From: an uncultured Methanoregulaceae archaeon
Lineage (GTDB): Archaea > Halobacteriota > Methanomicrobia > Methanomicrobiales > Methanospirillaceae
Reading direction: 5' to 3'
NCBI GenBank assembly: GCA_963717525.1
Contig: OY970343.1
Span: forward strand, 320,001 to 384,000
Length of the DNA stretch: 64,000 bases
Both the position numbers and the translations under genes were made by a program. Shown here piece after piece: positions 9,913 to 21,298 of this stretch (position 1 is its first letter; every line of letters begins with the position of its first letter). The notes under the pieces were generated by a model. It saw only the letters and a list, made by a program, of their open reading frames with translations, ran no database searches and had not been told where the DNA came from.

Positions 9913-11373
9913 TTATTCGGAGAGGATATCCATGATGATCCTGCCGTAGGCCGGCCGGGTCACCAGCACACCAATGATGACACCCATCATGGTGATGATG
10001 GCAAATCCCTTGAGGGTGGAAAGATCCATGAGCGCGAGCGGAAGCATCGCAATCAGCACGGTTGCTGCCGCGATCACGATGATGGTGAGCGCACGGGCAA
10101 GCCTCTTTAAGTAAATATTCGGCGAGGGTACGAGCCCTTCATGCAGGATTTCATCGGTGATCACGACCAGCTGGTCGATACCTGTCCCAAGTACGGCAAT
10201 AAGCCCGGCAACGGTCGGGAGATCCATCTGGAACTGGATGACACTGATGAACCCGAGCAGGATCACGATCTCGGATGCGTTGATCAGCACCATGGGGAGC
10301 ACGATCCTCGGCTCGCGGTAGCGGTAGAAGATCACAAACGCGACCATGATGAGCGCAAGGATGCCTGCGATCAGGCACATCTCCATGTAGTGCTGGCCAA
10401 GGGATGCCGATGTCGAACCCGACCCTGCAATATCCACGTCCACCGGCAGCGCACCTGCCCTGAGCTGGATCTCAAGGTTTGTTGCCTGCTGCTCACCGGA
10501 TGTCCCTGATCCGGTGGAGGCGAACAGCTGGGTTGTGGGTTCGCTCTGGAGCGATCCTGCCAGTGCCTGGGACAGCGGCGCTGAGTACACGCTCTGGTTG
10601 TCGAGCAGCATGGTGAGCTTGTGGTCGGCCGGGTCGGTGGTTGCACCGTACGTGATGGCTGCGTTCTGAAAGGTGGCAGCACCATCTGAACTCAGGGTAA
10701 ACCCGACGCCCCAGTTCCCGCTGCCGGCCGGTGACTGGCTGGGTACCGCGACGCTGGTAATCGAATCACCGTAGAGGACGTGCTCGGTCTGGTTACCGGT
10801 TGTCTGGATACGGATCTCGAATTTGCCCTGCTTTCCGACGATCTGCTGGGCTTGGTTCATGTCGACGCCGGCCATCTCCACGCGGACGTACTGGGTGACG
10901 CCGTTCAAACCCGTGATAGTATTAACTTTTGCATCCTTGGTGCCCATCGAGTTTATCTTATCTACAAGGATCTGCTTTACGAGGTCAGCCGTAGTCGCTG
11001 ATATGCCGGGCTGGTACGAGACTACCGTCCCATCTTCTGCCGCAAAGTAGGGCTGAAGCTCAGCCTGCGTGTAGGATTTCCGGATCTCGAGATGGTTGGC
11101 ATCGACCTGGACGACATCCGTATCGAGACTCTTGGAGAGGTTGGCAACAAAGGTATCGACCGGCTCTGTCGTTGTGAACCCCACCACCTCGGCCTTGAAC
11201 TCGAGCTGGATCCAGGATCCCTGCTGGAAATCGAGGCCGTACTGGAGGTTCGTCGTTAAATTGCCGTTGCTGTCGAAGTGCGGGTAGATAGCGATGACCG
11301 AAAGGACCAACAGGACGATCAGGACGAGAACCCTCCAGTCACTGAAGAGATCCTTGATCCGCTCCTGTTTCAT
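9913..11373 (-). CDS. secD: Protein translocase subunit SecD
   Basis: LQYGLDFQQGSWI, LRAGALP, GTGIDQLVVITDE, VTRPAY. Confidence 0.93.
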   Translation of the reverse strand: MKQERIKDLFSDWRVLVLIVLLVLSVIAIYPHFDSNGNLTTNLQYGLDFQQGSWIQLEFKAEVVGFTTTEPVDTFVANLSKSLDTDVVQVDANHLEIRKSYTQAELQPYFAAEDGTVVSYQPGISATTADLVKQILVDKINSMGTKDAKVNTITGLNGVTQYVRVEMAGVDMNQAQQIVGKQGKFEIRIQTTGNQTEHVLYGDSITSVAVPSQSPAGSGNWGVGFTLSSDGAATFQNAAITYGATTDPADHKLTMLLDNQSVYSAPLSQALAGSLQSEPTTQLFASTGSGTSGEQQATNLEIQLRAGALPVDVDIAGSGSTSASLGQHYMEMCLIAGILALIMVAFVIFYRYREPRIVLPMVLINASEIVILLGFISVIQFQMDLPTVAGLIAVLGTGIDQLVVITDEILHEGLVPSPNIYLKRLARALTIIVIAAATVLIAMLPLALMDLSTLKGFAIITMMGVIIGVLVTRPAYGRIIMDILSE

Positions 11374-12224
11374 TTCCCGCCTCCCTTGAGGACGTACCAT
11401 TTCAGGATGCCGACATTCGTGAGCCAGGTGTTGAGGATATCAAAGATAAGGCCCATCAGAAGGACCGCGGAGATCTCTTCAACTACCACGACCTGTCCGG
11501 CCCAGGATACGATGAGCAGTACGGTGACCGCAGCAATGGTTGTCGAGGTCATGATGATACCGGTACGGAAAGCCCCCGTCAGCTTATCGTTGAGTTTTCC
11601 CTGCCGTTTGAGCACCCGTGTGGTAAGCAGGATGTCGCTGTCCACGGAATAACCGATAAGCATGAGCAGTGCCGCGGTAGTGCCGAGCGAAAGCTGGATG
11701 CCAACGACGTTCATCATGGCAGCGGTCATGGCCATGTCAGCAAAGGCCGAGAGGACGACCGCACAGGACGGGACGAAGGTCCTAAACGAAACAAAGACCA
11801 CGATTGCCATGCCGATAAAGGCTATGATGATGGCGATAAAGGCCTGGTCCTGCAAGGTTTTCCCGAAGGATTCACCGATCTGGTCGATCTGGGCATCAGG
11901 GTATTTGCTTGCGACCAGTGCAGTCAGGCTCTGGTACTGCGCGTCGCTCATCGTCCCAAACGTGATGAACTTCCCGTTGTTCAACCCCGCACTGACGCTC
12001 ACGAGCGGATAGCCGGCAAATTCCGACTGGATCTGGGCGGCAGTATCAGAAGTGATCACCGTTACGGCTGTCCCCCCGGAGAAATCGATCCCCGGTGTGA
12101 CCGGCATCCCCACCGTAACCGTAACATATGCAAGCACCACCAGCGATATGGCCAGCAGCACCATCGGGATTATCACCAGTTGTTTTGGTGAATATTTTTC
12201 GATGTTGTAATGGAATAATCCCAT
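11370..12224 (-). CDS. secF: Protein translocase subunit SecF
   Basis: GIDFSGGT, LIGYSVDSDILLT. Confidence 0.93.
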   Translation of the reverse strand: MGLFHYNIEKYSPKQLVIIPMVLLAISLVVLAYVTVTVGMPVTPGIDFSGGTAVTVITSDTAAQIQSEFAGYPLVSVSAGLNNGKFITFGTMSDAQYQSLTALVASKYPDAQIDQIGESFGKTLQDQAFIAIIIAFIGMAIVVFVSFRTFVPSCAVVLSAFADMAMTAAMMNVVGIQLSLGTTAALLMLIGYSVDSDILLTTRVLKRQGKLNDKLTGAFRTGIIMTSTTIAAVTVLLIVSWAGQVVVVEEISAVLLMGLIFDILNTWLTNVGILKWYVLKGGGK

Positions 12225-12430
12225 GGTATAATCATCTGTTCATGAACGATTAAATAATTACCAGATGGCAGGTGACGCTTCCACTCCCGTTTATCCTGGC
12301 ACAGCTCTGTTACCAGAACTCATTTCGCAGAATATCTCTGTACCCGACCGGAATGGCGGGATTTCCGAACAGGCTTTTTAAAACGGAAAAAAGCAAAAAT
12401 TATATATGGAAAAAGCCGTGACACTAACGC

Positions 12431-12739
12431 ATGAGATCTCAGTTTGAGGTCGAACGAATGATTGAGGGGCGGCTTAAGTCGTATCTCTCCCGGGATAAAA
12501 CCGGCATCCGTCGCGAAGTGCTCCGGATCCTTTTGCGGATCCGGCAGACAACCATTGCAGATATTCTTGCAGGTCTCCGGGAACAGTTCACGGTTTCATT
12601 CCACGCGATCGCATCGATGGTCGGCATCATCGCCTCCCGGATCGGCATCCTGAAAGTCAGCAGGAATACCGGGGGAGTTACGACCTATGAACTCAGGGAG
12701 AAGTATGCATCCATGGTTGTGCGGCTCGTAGGCGCATGA
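12431..12739 (+). CDS. DUF2551-like winged-helix protein
   Basis: RLKSYLSRDKTGIRR...SMVGIIASRIGIL, methanogen-conserved pattern. Confidence 0.7.
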   Translation: MRSQFEVERMIEGRLKSYLSRDKTGIRREVLRILLRIRQTTIADILAGLREQFTVSFHAIASMVGIIASRIGILKVSRNTGGVTTYELREKYASMVVRLVGA

Positions 12740-12799
12740 GCATTTCCCTCACATTAACCATAACCGTTTTTACCAACCCTTCACAATATTACCGGCATA

Positions 12800-13087
12800 A
12801 TGCCCGGTCATCCTTCTGATCCTTCCGGCGTTTCCCGGATCGCTATTGCACCCGATGTCATAACCTATATCGAAAAGAGGAACTGCGATTTCCGCATCTG
12901 TACATCCTGCGGAGGGCCGATCCTTCTTCCCGTGAATATAAAGCCCCCCAAAAAAAGCGATGTCCTTCTCCAGGCAGCGCGCCATACCATCTATATCTCC
13001 ATCCACCAGGTGAGGTTCCTCGATGAAATCCGGGCCGATATGATCCCGTTCTTTGAAGATGGGTCGGAAGGGCTTGCAGAACGATGA
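12800..13087 (+). CDS. Conserved hypothetical protein with CTSCGGP motif
   Basis: DFRICTSCGGPILLP; ATGA overlap with archease. Confidence 0.7.
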   Translation: MPGHPSDPSGVSRIAIAPDVITYIEKRNCDFRICTSCGGPILLPVNIKPPKKSDVLLQAARHTIYISIHQVRFLDEIRADMIPFFEDGSEGLAER

Positions 13088-13491
13088 GTTACGAAGAGCT
13101 CTCCCATACTGCAGATGTGAATATACGGGCCCGTGCCCCCACCCTGGATGCACTTTTCGGGGAAGCTTTCCAGGCGCTGATGCAGGTGATGTACGGGGAA
13201 GACCGAGGTGGCGGGACATCAAGGACGCTTGATATCAGTGCGCCGGATCTGGAATCGCTTATATGCGAGTTCCTCTCGGAAGCGCTCTATGTCTCTGAAG
13301 TAGAGGGGCTGGTCTTCCGGCAGGCTGACGTGCATATCGACGGCATGCAGATCCACGCTATCCTTGACGGAGAACCGTTCGATCCGGCCCGGCATAATAA
13401 AGGAACGGAAGTAAAAGGTATCTCATATTCGGGCATGTCCATCCAGAGAGACGCCAAAGGATATATGCTGGATATCTTATTTGATGTATAG
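13084..13491 (+). CDS. Archease
   Basis: YEELSHTADV...EVKGISYSG...ILFDV; adjacent to rtcB. Confidence 0.93.
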   Translation: MSYEELSHTADVNIRARAPTLDALFGEAFQALMQVMYGEDRGGGTSRTLDISAPDLESLICEFLSEALYVSEVEGLVFRQADVHIDGMQIHAILDGEPFDPARHNKGTEVKGISYSGMSIQRDAKGYMLDILFDV

Positions 13492-13504
13492 CGGAGAAAC
13501 GAGA

Positions 13505-14936
13505 ATGCCAGAAGGTGTGATACGGGCCGGTCCTGACGAATGGGAGATACCGGTCGGCTATGTGCCCGGTATGCGGGTACCGGGAAGGTTTTTCCTTTCC
13601 GATGCACTCGCGGCAATCCTCGAGCCGGGTGCCGTGCAGCAGCTGGCAAACGTCGCCACTCTTCCCGGTATCGTCCGGTATTCACTGGGCATGCCGGACC
13701 TCCACTGGGGCTACGGGTTTCCTATCGGTGGCGTCGCTGCGTTCTCCCTTGACGAGGGTGTCATCTCCCCCGGTGGAGTTGGCTTTGACATAAACTGCGG
13801 GGTCAGGCTCTTTATGACGCCACTTGTGCGATCGGATATCAAAAAGCCCCGCGAGCTTTTTGAATCCCTGTACCATGCCGTGCCGACCGGTGTCGGGGCA
13901 AAGAGTTCCGCAAAACTTACCCCGGCTGCGCTCTCGGCCATAATGGAGAAGGGGGCGCGCTGGGCGGTGGACGCCGGCTATGGTCTCGAGCGTGACCTTG
14001 TCCGGTGCGAGGAGGGTGGTGTCATGAAACAGGCCGACATCCGTGCGGTCTCGGCAAAGGCCCGGGTCCGGGGGATCCCTCAGGGAGGGACGCTCGGGTC
14101 GGGTAACCATTTTCTCGAACTCCAGGAAGTCAGTGAGATCTACGATGAAGCTGCGGCCGCAGCATTTGGTCTCGTGAAGGGCCGGGTCTGCTGCATGATC
14201 CACTGCGGCTCACGGGGGCTAGGCCACCAGGTCTGCACCGATCATCTCAAGGTCATCGAGGAAGCAACAAAAAAGTACCATATCCCGCTTCCGGACCGCC
14301 AGCTTGCCTGCGCCCGGCCGGATCACCGGAGGGTACTGCCTATTTCGGCGCGATGGCAGCAGCGGCGAATTATGCATGGGCCAACCGCCAGATGATCCTG
14401 CATGCGGCGCGCCGGGAATTTGTCCGGATGTTTGGCATTGAATACGAGAGCATGCCGCTTGTCTATGATGTCGCCCACAACGTAGCGAAGATCGAAGAGC
14501 ATACGGTTGAAGGCCACAGGGCCCGGCTCCTCGTGCACCGCAAGGGTGCCACACGATCATTCGGGCCCGGCGCCCGGACCTTCCGGGTGACCTTGCTGTG
14601 ATCGGCCAGCCGGTGATCATCCCCGGCAGCATGGGGACGTCTTCATACGTCCTCAAAGGGACCGCAACGGCGATGGAGCGCACGTTTGGCAGCACCTGTC
14701 ACGGATCGGGCCGGGTCATGAGCCGGTCGCAGGCAAAAAAGAAGCTGACCGGAAAAGAGGTGTCAGATCGTCTTCTCAGCCAAGGCATCATCGTCCGGGC
14801 GCCCAATGAAGCGGCGATAGCCGATGAAGCGCCGGAGGTGTACAAGCCCAGCAGCGAGGTGGTACAGGTAGTCCACGATGCCGGCCTCTCCACCCTCGTC
14901 GCCCGGCTCTCCCCGATAGGAGTGATCAAGGGGTGA
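13505..14936 (+). CDS. rtcB: RNA-splicing ligase RtcB; two frameshifts (~14314, ~14573)
   Basis: [64 protein letters not shown]. Confidence 0.95.
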
Positions 14937-15508
14937 GCTGCCGGGCGGGATTTGTCTGGGAGACACCCCAGCATTTTGTCCGCTACATCGAGGACTGCGG
15001 TATTCCCTGCGAGCTCGTCACCCCGTACATGCTCGCCGCCCCGTTCTTCCGCGGCTCATTCTCCTGCCTTATCATTCCCACCGGTTTTGCAAACCCGGCC
15101 TATTGCCGGCTGCTTCCGGCCCTCCGGGCATCGTCCGACCGCATACAAAAATTCGTGGAGAATGGCGGGAACCTCCTTGTCTTCGGGGCTGCCATCGATC
15201 GGCCGGATGTGTATGACTGGCTGCCATTTCCGGTTACTTACCGGCACGAGGTTTTTCCCCGGGAAATTACGTGCGGGGCATATGAGCTCGGTGCGGCGCT
15301 CATAGTGGATTATGATCCCACCTGCATCGAATGCGACGGCTCGTTTCCGTCTCATGGAGGGACTACGGCCGGGTCCTGTGGGGATTCGCCGGTGATTATC
15401 GAGAAAACCGTGGGGAAGGGAAATGTGATCGTGACCAGCGTCCACGAGTATCCCTCCCGTGCGTTTGTCAAAAAATTCTGCTGTCCGGGCACGCAAACCT
15501 TATTCTAG
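14933..15508 (+). CDS. Conserved hypothetical protein (class I glutamine amidotransferase-like fold)
   Basis: LIIPTGFAN, FVENGGNLLVFG; overlaps rtcB stop. Confidence 0.65.
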   Translation: MSCRAGFVWETPQHFVRYIEDCGIPCELVTPYMLAAPFFRGSFSCLIIPTGFANPAYCRLLPALRASSDRIQKFVENGGNLLVFGAAIDRPDVYDWLPFPVTYRHEVFPREITCGAYELGAALIVDYDPTCIECDGSFPSHGGTTAGSCGDSPVIIEKTVGKGNVIVTSVHEYPSRAFVKKFCCPGTQTLF

Positions 15509-15543
15509 CAGGAATAATACCAGATTGATAAGAGGTATGTCCG

Positions 15544-15966
15544 ATGGACCGTTACACATTTTGCGAAACTGCGGAGGCAGCAGATCTTGAACCGGTGGTT
15601 CTTGCCATCCATGAGATCATCCACCGCCTGCCGGTGACGGCGAAATCGTTGCAGAAGCCCGGTATCCGGATCGAGGATGGCCGGGTGATCGACCGCAATT
15701 ATACGGGACCGGTGCTCGAACAGGCCATCGCGTCGAACAAGGTGATCAAGACTACGCCGGAGAAGGGTGCGTATAAAGGAGTGCCGGTAACGGTCGCCCC
15801 TATCCGGGACCACGAGGGGAAGGTGATCGGCGCCCTCGGCGTTGTCGATGTCACCGGTATCTTCGATCTCGCCACGCTGATGGAGCACCAGTCCGCGATC
15901 CTCAAGCAGGTCTGCGGAAAGGACCCCTGCCCGCTGCCGGAAGAGGCCAGCAATTCCAGGAGGTGA
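15544..15966 (+). CDS. DUF2111 family protein
   Basis: LPVTAKS, GIRIEDGRVID, YTGPVLE, YKGVPVTVAPI, GVVD. Confidence 0.75.
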   Translation: MDRYTFCETAEAADLEPVVLAIHEIIHRLPVTAKSLQKPGIRIEDGRVIDRNYTGPVLEQAIASNKVIKTTPEKGAYKGVPVTVAPIRDHEGKVIGALGVVDVTGIFDLATLMEHQSAILKQVCGKDPCPLPEEASNSRR

Positions 15967-16952
15967 TCCTCACGCCCGATTCTGCATTCAAGGTCATGGC
16001 GGTCCTCGAGAAAGCAGATGGCCCGATATCGGGAGAAGCCATCAGCAACGAGCTGGGGATCACCCGTTCTGCCGTCTGGAAGCATATCAACGAGCTGCGC
16101 ATGATGGGATACGATATCTCGTCGTCACAGAAAGAAGGGTACCGGCTTACGCGCATGAGCAACAAGCTGCTCCCATACGAGATCCACAAGAAACTCCATA
16201 CTAAGTTTATCGGTAAGAAGATGCGGTACCTGGAGAATACCCCATCGACCATCTGGGCGGGAAAACAGCTCTGCGCTGAGGGCGATGTGGAGAAGATGCA
16301 CGGAATGGTGATCATCGCCGAGGAGCAGACCGGGGGCATCGGCCGGATGGGAAGGGCGTGGGTCTCGCCCAGCGGTGGGATCTGGATTACGATCGTGTTA
16401 AAGCCCCACATCCCGATCGATCACGTTTTCATGATCACGATGGCCGGTTCGGTTGCCGTGGCACGGGCGATCCGGAAGGAGTTCTCCCTCGGTGCCCTGA
16501 TCAAGTGGCCGAACGATATCTTCATAGGGAACAAGAAAGTTGCCGGGCTGCTCCTCGAGCTCGCGGCGGAAGCCGATATCGTGCACTACTGTCTGCTCGG
16601 GATGGGTATCGATGCAAACGTCCCGCTCAGCCAGTTCTCCCCAGAACTGCAGAACAATATTACTTCTCTCTCCGCAGAGCTTGGCCACGAGGTGGACCGG
16701 GCGTCGTTTCTGGCACGGATTTTAAAAGAATTCGAGAGCCAGTACCTCCTTGTCGAGAGCGGGGAATACGATACCATTATCCGGGAATGGAAAAGCGCTT
16801 CCTGCACGCTCGAACACCGGGTGGATATCCGGACCCTCAAGAACAGTTTCTCCGGTGAGGCCGTGGACATCGACGAGTTCGGTGCGCTCATCATCAGAAA
16901 GGACAACGGCAAGCTCGAGCGCGTGATCGCCGGCGACTGTTTCCACCAGTAA
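15963..16952 (+). CDS. birA: Biotin-protein ligase with N-terminal HTH
   Basis: ISGEAISNELGITRSAVWKHI, EEQTGGIGRMGRAWVSP, IKWPND, KKVAGLL. Confidence 0.95.
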   Translation: MILTPDSAFKVMAVLEKADGPISGEAISNELGITRSAVWKHINELRMMGYDISSSQKEGYRLTRMSNKLLPYEIHKKLHTKFIGKKMRYLENTPSTIWAGKQLCAEGDVEKMHGMVIIAEEQTGGIGRMGRAWVSPSGGIWITIVLKPHIPIDHVFMITMAGSVAVARAIRKEFSLGALIKWPNDIFIGNKKVAGLLLELAAEADIVHYCLLGMGIDANVPLSQFSPELQNNITSLSAELGHEVDRASFLARILKEFESQYLLVESGEYDTIIREWKSASCTLEHRVDIRTLKNSFSGEAVDIDEFGALIIRKDNGKLERVIAGDCFHQ

Positions 16953-16997
16953 GCGCTGCTTTTTTATCGTCAACCACCATTTTTTTAATGGTTGACG

Positions 16998-17507
16998 ATG
17001 TTTGGCGATCTCCGGCGCTCACGCCGTGTTGCATATACTGCGGCGTTTATCGGCCTTATCACTCTGGGAGGGTGGATCTCCGTCCCGTTTGTTCCGGTGC
17101 CGCTCACCCTCCAGACATTTTTTGTGCTGCTCGCGGCTGCAGTAATGAAGCGTGAGGCCGTTATCCCGGTCGCACTCTATGTGCTTCTTGGCACACTCGG
17201 GCTGCCTGTCTTCCACAATGGTGTCGCCGGATTTGGCGTCCTGCTCGGATCCACCGGGGGATATCTCGCCGGGTTTATCCCGGCGGCCCTCATCGCCGGA
17301 ATTGCATATGAGTCAGGTGCATCAGCGCTCCATATCGCGGGTCTTGCCGGTGCTGCCTTACTCATCCTTCTCTGCGGCGTGGCATGGTTGATCGGTTCTA
17401 CTGGAATGGCGCCGGCCGCCGCGTTCATCCTCGGGATGGCGGTCTTTCTTCCCGGTGAGGCGGCCAAGGCCGGCGCTGTGTACATGATCGAGCGGCAACT
17501 GCCATGA
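16998..17507 (+). CDS. bioY: Biotin ECF transporter S component
   Basis: PVPLTLQTF, GLPVF, TGGYLAGF. Confidence 0.92.
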   Translation: MFGDLRRSRRVAYTAAFIGLITLGGWISVPFVPVPLTLQTFFVLLAAAVMKREAVIPVALYVLLGTLGLPVFHNGVAGFGVLLGSTGGYLAGFIPAALIAGIAYESGASALHIAGLAGAALLILLCGVAWLIGSTGMAPAAAFILGMAVFLPGEAAKAGAVYMIERQLP

Positions 17508-18175
17508 TCACCATCGATGCACTCCGGTACCGGCACCTCGCCATCGATACCCTCACCATACCTCCGGGGATCACCTCCGTAATCGGCCCAAACGGGAGCG
17601 GCAAGAGTACTTTTCTGAAGCTCTGCGCAGGTATCGCAGAACCGGAGGGCGGCACCGTGTTCGTGGACGATCAGACCCCCCGGCAGACCGGCATCGGGTA
17701 CGTGAACGAGTTCCCGGACCGGAACATCCTTTTTTCGACCGTAAAGGACGAACTCGCCTCACCGTTGCGCTTCCGGTTTACTCCCTGCACAGAGACCGAC
17801 CGTTCAGTCCGTAACTGTGCGGAGACGCTGGGGATTGGTTACCTGCTGGACCGGCGGATGCAGGACATGAGCGGGGGAGAGAAGGTGCTTGTCGCATTTG
17901 CCGCTGCATGTATTGGCCGGCCCCGTGTACTTGTGCTCGATGAATGTGATTCGCACCTTGATGCAGATCGGTGCGCGTGGCTGGAGGGGGCGCTCAGGGC
18001 ATCGGGCGCCATGTACGTGATCCGGTGCACGCAGCAGATGGAGACCGCGGCGACAAGTGACCTGCTGCTCTATCTCGAAAAAGGCCAGGTGCTGCACGCA
18101 GGGTCGCCGGCCGGGGTCTTTTCCCGGCTATCTGATACGTCCTTTTATCCGCTCTCGTGGAGGTGCCGGGCATGA
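17504..18175 (+). CDS. ECF transporter ATPase
   Basis: GPNGSGKST, MSGGE, VLDE. Confidence 0.88.
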   Translation: MITIDALRYRHLAIDTLTIPPGITSVIGPNGSGKSTFLKLCAGIAEPEGGTVFVDDQTPRQTGIGYVNEFPDRNILFSTVKDELASPLRFRFTPCTETDRSVRNCAETLGIGYLLDRRMQDMSGGEKVLVAFAAACIGRPRVLVLDECDSHLDADRCAWLEGALRASGAMYVIRCTQQMETAATSDLLLYLEKGQVLHAGSPAGVFSRLSDTSFYPLSWRCRA

Positions 18176-18870
18176 GGGTTCTCTTCGATCACGGTACTGC
18201 ATCCCGACAGTCATGGTCTCTTGAGGCGGACGGAATTTTCACCCCGGGCATTCACCTTGTGAGCGGCGATGTCGGAAGCGGGAAGTCTACGCTTGCCCTT
18301 ATGATGGCCGGCCTGCACACGCCGGGGAGTGGCAGGGTAATCCGGGAGGAGATCCACAGCACGATGCTCTCCTTCCAGTTCCCCGAATTTCATGTCACTG
18401 GGCTCTCGGTGTCCGAGGAATGCACATCGTGGGGCCTTGAACCGGTGACCGCAATCCGGCAGGCAGGGATCGATGTACTGCCGGAGGCGCCGGCCCTGTC
18501 GCTCTCCCGGGGGGAGCTCAAGCGCCTGCACCTTGCTTGCGTCTTCTCCCGCAACTATGACCTGCTGCTGCTCGATGAACCGTTCTCATCGCTGGACTGC
18601 CCGGGCAAGGAACAGGTCTGCCGGCAGATCAGCGAGAGGTCCGGGGGCATCACCGTGATCTTCACCCACGAACAGAGTATTTTTCCCGCAATCGATCACA
18701 TCTGGGAGATTTCCAGCGGAAGACTGGTTGACTGCGGCACAGTGCCAGACGCGCTCATGCAATGGCAGCATGCGCCTCTGCTGGTCAAACGGTTGGTAAC
18801 GGCTGGCAGGATTCCACGATCTATAACGCCGGAAGGGCTCCGGGAGGCAGCATGCAGGACCCGAGGATAA
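18172..18870 (+). CDS. ECF transporter ATPase (second)
   Basis: GDVGSGKST, FQFPE, LSRGE, LLDEPFSSLD. Confidence 0.88.
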   Translation: MRVLFDHGTASRQSWSLEADGIFTPGIHLVSGDVGSGKSTLALMMAGLHTPGSGRVIREEIHSTMLSFQFPEFHVTGLSVSEECTSWGLEPVTAIRQAGIDVLPEAPALSLSRGELKRLHLACVFSRNYDLLLLDEPFSSLDCPGKEQVCRQISERSGGITVIFTHEQSIFPAIDHIWEISSGRLVDCGTVPDALMQWQHAPLLVKRLVTAGRIPRSITPEGLREAACRTRG

Positions 18871-19480
18871 GGCTTGCCTGTGCATTCCTGCTTTCGATTG
18901 CGGCCTTCATCAGTATTGCCGGGGCAATCGCAGCCTTTCTCTGGTGGCTGGTTTTTACTTCAAGGTGGAAGAGCATCCGGCACTTCAGGGCGATGCTTGC
19001 GACGCTTCTTTTGTTTGTACTCGTCGCGGCAGTCATGGTCTTTACCGGGACAAACGGCCTTTCGTATCTCACCCGGATGACCGCGATCCTCCTTGTTGGT
19101 ACCTGGGTGTATGCGGATTCCCGCCCGGGGACTTCCTCGCCACAGGAACCTGGCTGTGCGGAACGCGGATGGGGTTCGAACTGGGGATGATCGCCGAGAT
19201 GGCCATGGGGGTGGCACAGGGACTCACCGATGATTTTTCCCGGATCCGGATCGCGATGGCGCAGAAAGAGCAGCCATGGGGAATCCGCAGGATCCTGCCC
19301 GCAGGCCGTATTCTCATCTGGGATGCGCTGCGACGTGCGGATGATACCGCCGAGCTCCTTGCCATGCGGGGCTATCGCGGTGGGGGGACGATCTGCACGC
19401 GGTTCTCCCCGCAGGCTCCCGAGATCGTGGCCGGTGCCTGTGCCACGGCCGCGCTCGTTTTTGCGTGTTTCCTCCGTTAG
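18852..19480 (+). CDS. ECF transporter T component; frameshift near 19128
   Basis: MQDPRIRL TM segments, then RIAMAQK and LAMRGY motifs. Confidence 0.8.
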
Positions 19481-19550
19481 TGAATTTTTTATACTTACCC
19501 GGTGAAGTTTTGAGAGGCTAATTATATAACCGGAGCCCCTGAGGTTTCCC

Positions 19551-21298
19551 ATGTGTGCCGCCGTTTCCAGCAAAGTTCTCATCACCGATACCACCCTTCG
19601 TGACGCCCACCAGTCACTCATTGCCACCCGGCTCCGCACCGAAGACATGATCCCGCTTGCACGCGAGATTGACGCGTGCGGTTTTTTTTCGCTGAGGCAT
19701 GGGGCGGGGCCACATTCGATACCTGCATACGGTTCCTCAATGATGATCCCTGGGACCGGCTCCGGGCGCTCAAGACAGAGCTGAAACACACGCCGATCCA
19801 GATGCTGCTCCGCGGCCAGAACCTGGTCGGGTACCGCCACTATTCTGATGATGTGGTCGATCGTTTTGTCGATGCCTCCTACAAGAACGGCGTGGACATC
19901 TTCCGTGTCTTTGATGCGCTCAACGATATCCGGAACATGAAACGCTCGATGGAGCAGGTAAAAAAGGCCGGGGCGCACCTCCAGGGCACTATTTCCTATA
20001 CCACGAGCCCGGTCCACAGCACGAAGATGTTTATCGAGATGGCAAAAGAGCTGGCTGCGCTCGACTGCGACTCCATCTGCATCAAGGATATGGCAGGGCT
20101 CATCATGCCCGAGGCTGCACGGGAACTGATCGGCGGGATCAAAAAGGCGGTCGATATCCGGGTCTGTCTCCATTCCCATTCCACGAGCGGGATTGCGCCT
20201 ATGAGTTACCAGGCGGCGATCGAGGCCGGCGTGGATATCCTCGATACTGCCATGTCGCCGTTTGCGATGGGGACATCGCAGCCACCGACCGAGAGCGTGG
20301 TTGCCTCCCTTGCCGGGACGCCCCGGGATACCGGGATCGACCTGCTCAAACTCCGGACCGTCAGGAATACCTGCATGCAGATCCGCGAGAAGTACGCGGG
20401 GCTCGTGAGCCCGATCTCGGAGAGGGTGGACAGCAACGTGCTCATCTACCAGCTGCCCGGCGGCATGATCAGCAACCTTGTTTCGCAGCTGGTGGAGCAG
20501 GACGCACTCAACCGGCTTGACGAGGTGTTCGCCGAGATCCCCCGGGTGAGAAAAGACCTCGGTTACCCGCCGCTTGTGACGCCCACGAGCCAGATCGTGG
20601 GGACGCAGGCGGTCCTGAATGTTCTCGTGAACGGCAAGCGGTACGCGAACGTGACCAAAGAGGTTAAGGATTACGTGCGGGGGCTGTATGGCCGCTCGCC
20701 GGCGCCGGTCAGTGCCGAGATCCGTCACCAGATTATCGGTGACGAGATCCCGATCGACTGCCGGCCTGCCGATATGCTTGAACCCTCCTACGAGCGCATG
20801 AAGGCAGAGGCGGAAAAAGCGGGCCTCGTAAAAAAAGAGGAAGATGTCCTCACCTATATTATGTACCCGGCCATCGCACCGGCGTTTTTGAAGGGCGAGC
20901 GCCAGCCCGAGCCGATCCCGGGAAAACAGCCGACCGCACAGCCCGCTGCCGCAGCCGGGGGCATACCGGACCAGATGGAGGTTGAAGTGGACGGCGAGGT
21001 CTTCTCCGTGCGCATCGTGTCGGTCGGCGGGAACCAGGTACAGGTGGCCCAGGCGACACCCCAGAAAGCGCCGCGGGGCGAGATCGCCGGCGGGATCCGG
21101 AGCAATATGCAGGGCATGGTGCTCCAGGTCATGGTTAATCGGGGGGCGACCGTGAAGAAAGGTGATACCCTCATCGTCCTTGAGGCGATGAAGATGGAGA
21201 ACCCCATCCACAGCCCGGTGGACGGCAAGGTCACCGAGATTTTTGTTGATACCGGCGATGTCGTCCAGAATGGCGATGTCCTGCTGGTGGTGCAATGA
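19551..21298 (+). CDS. pycB: Pyruvate carboxylase subunit B (carboxyltransferase + biotin carrier); frameshift near 19693
   Basis: [34 protein letters not shown]. Confidence 0.95.

Noticed and set aside
18821..21295. 824-aa minus-strand ORF
   Set aside because: Antisense shadow of GC-rich pycB and the ECF T gene; no motifs
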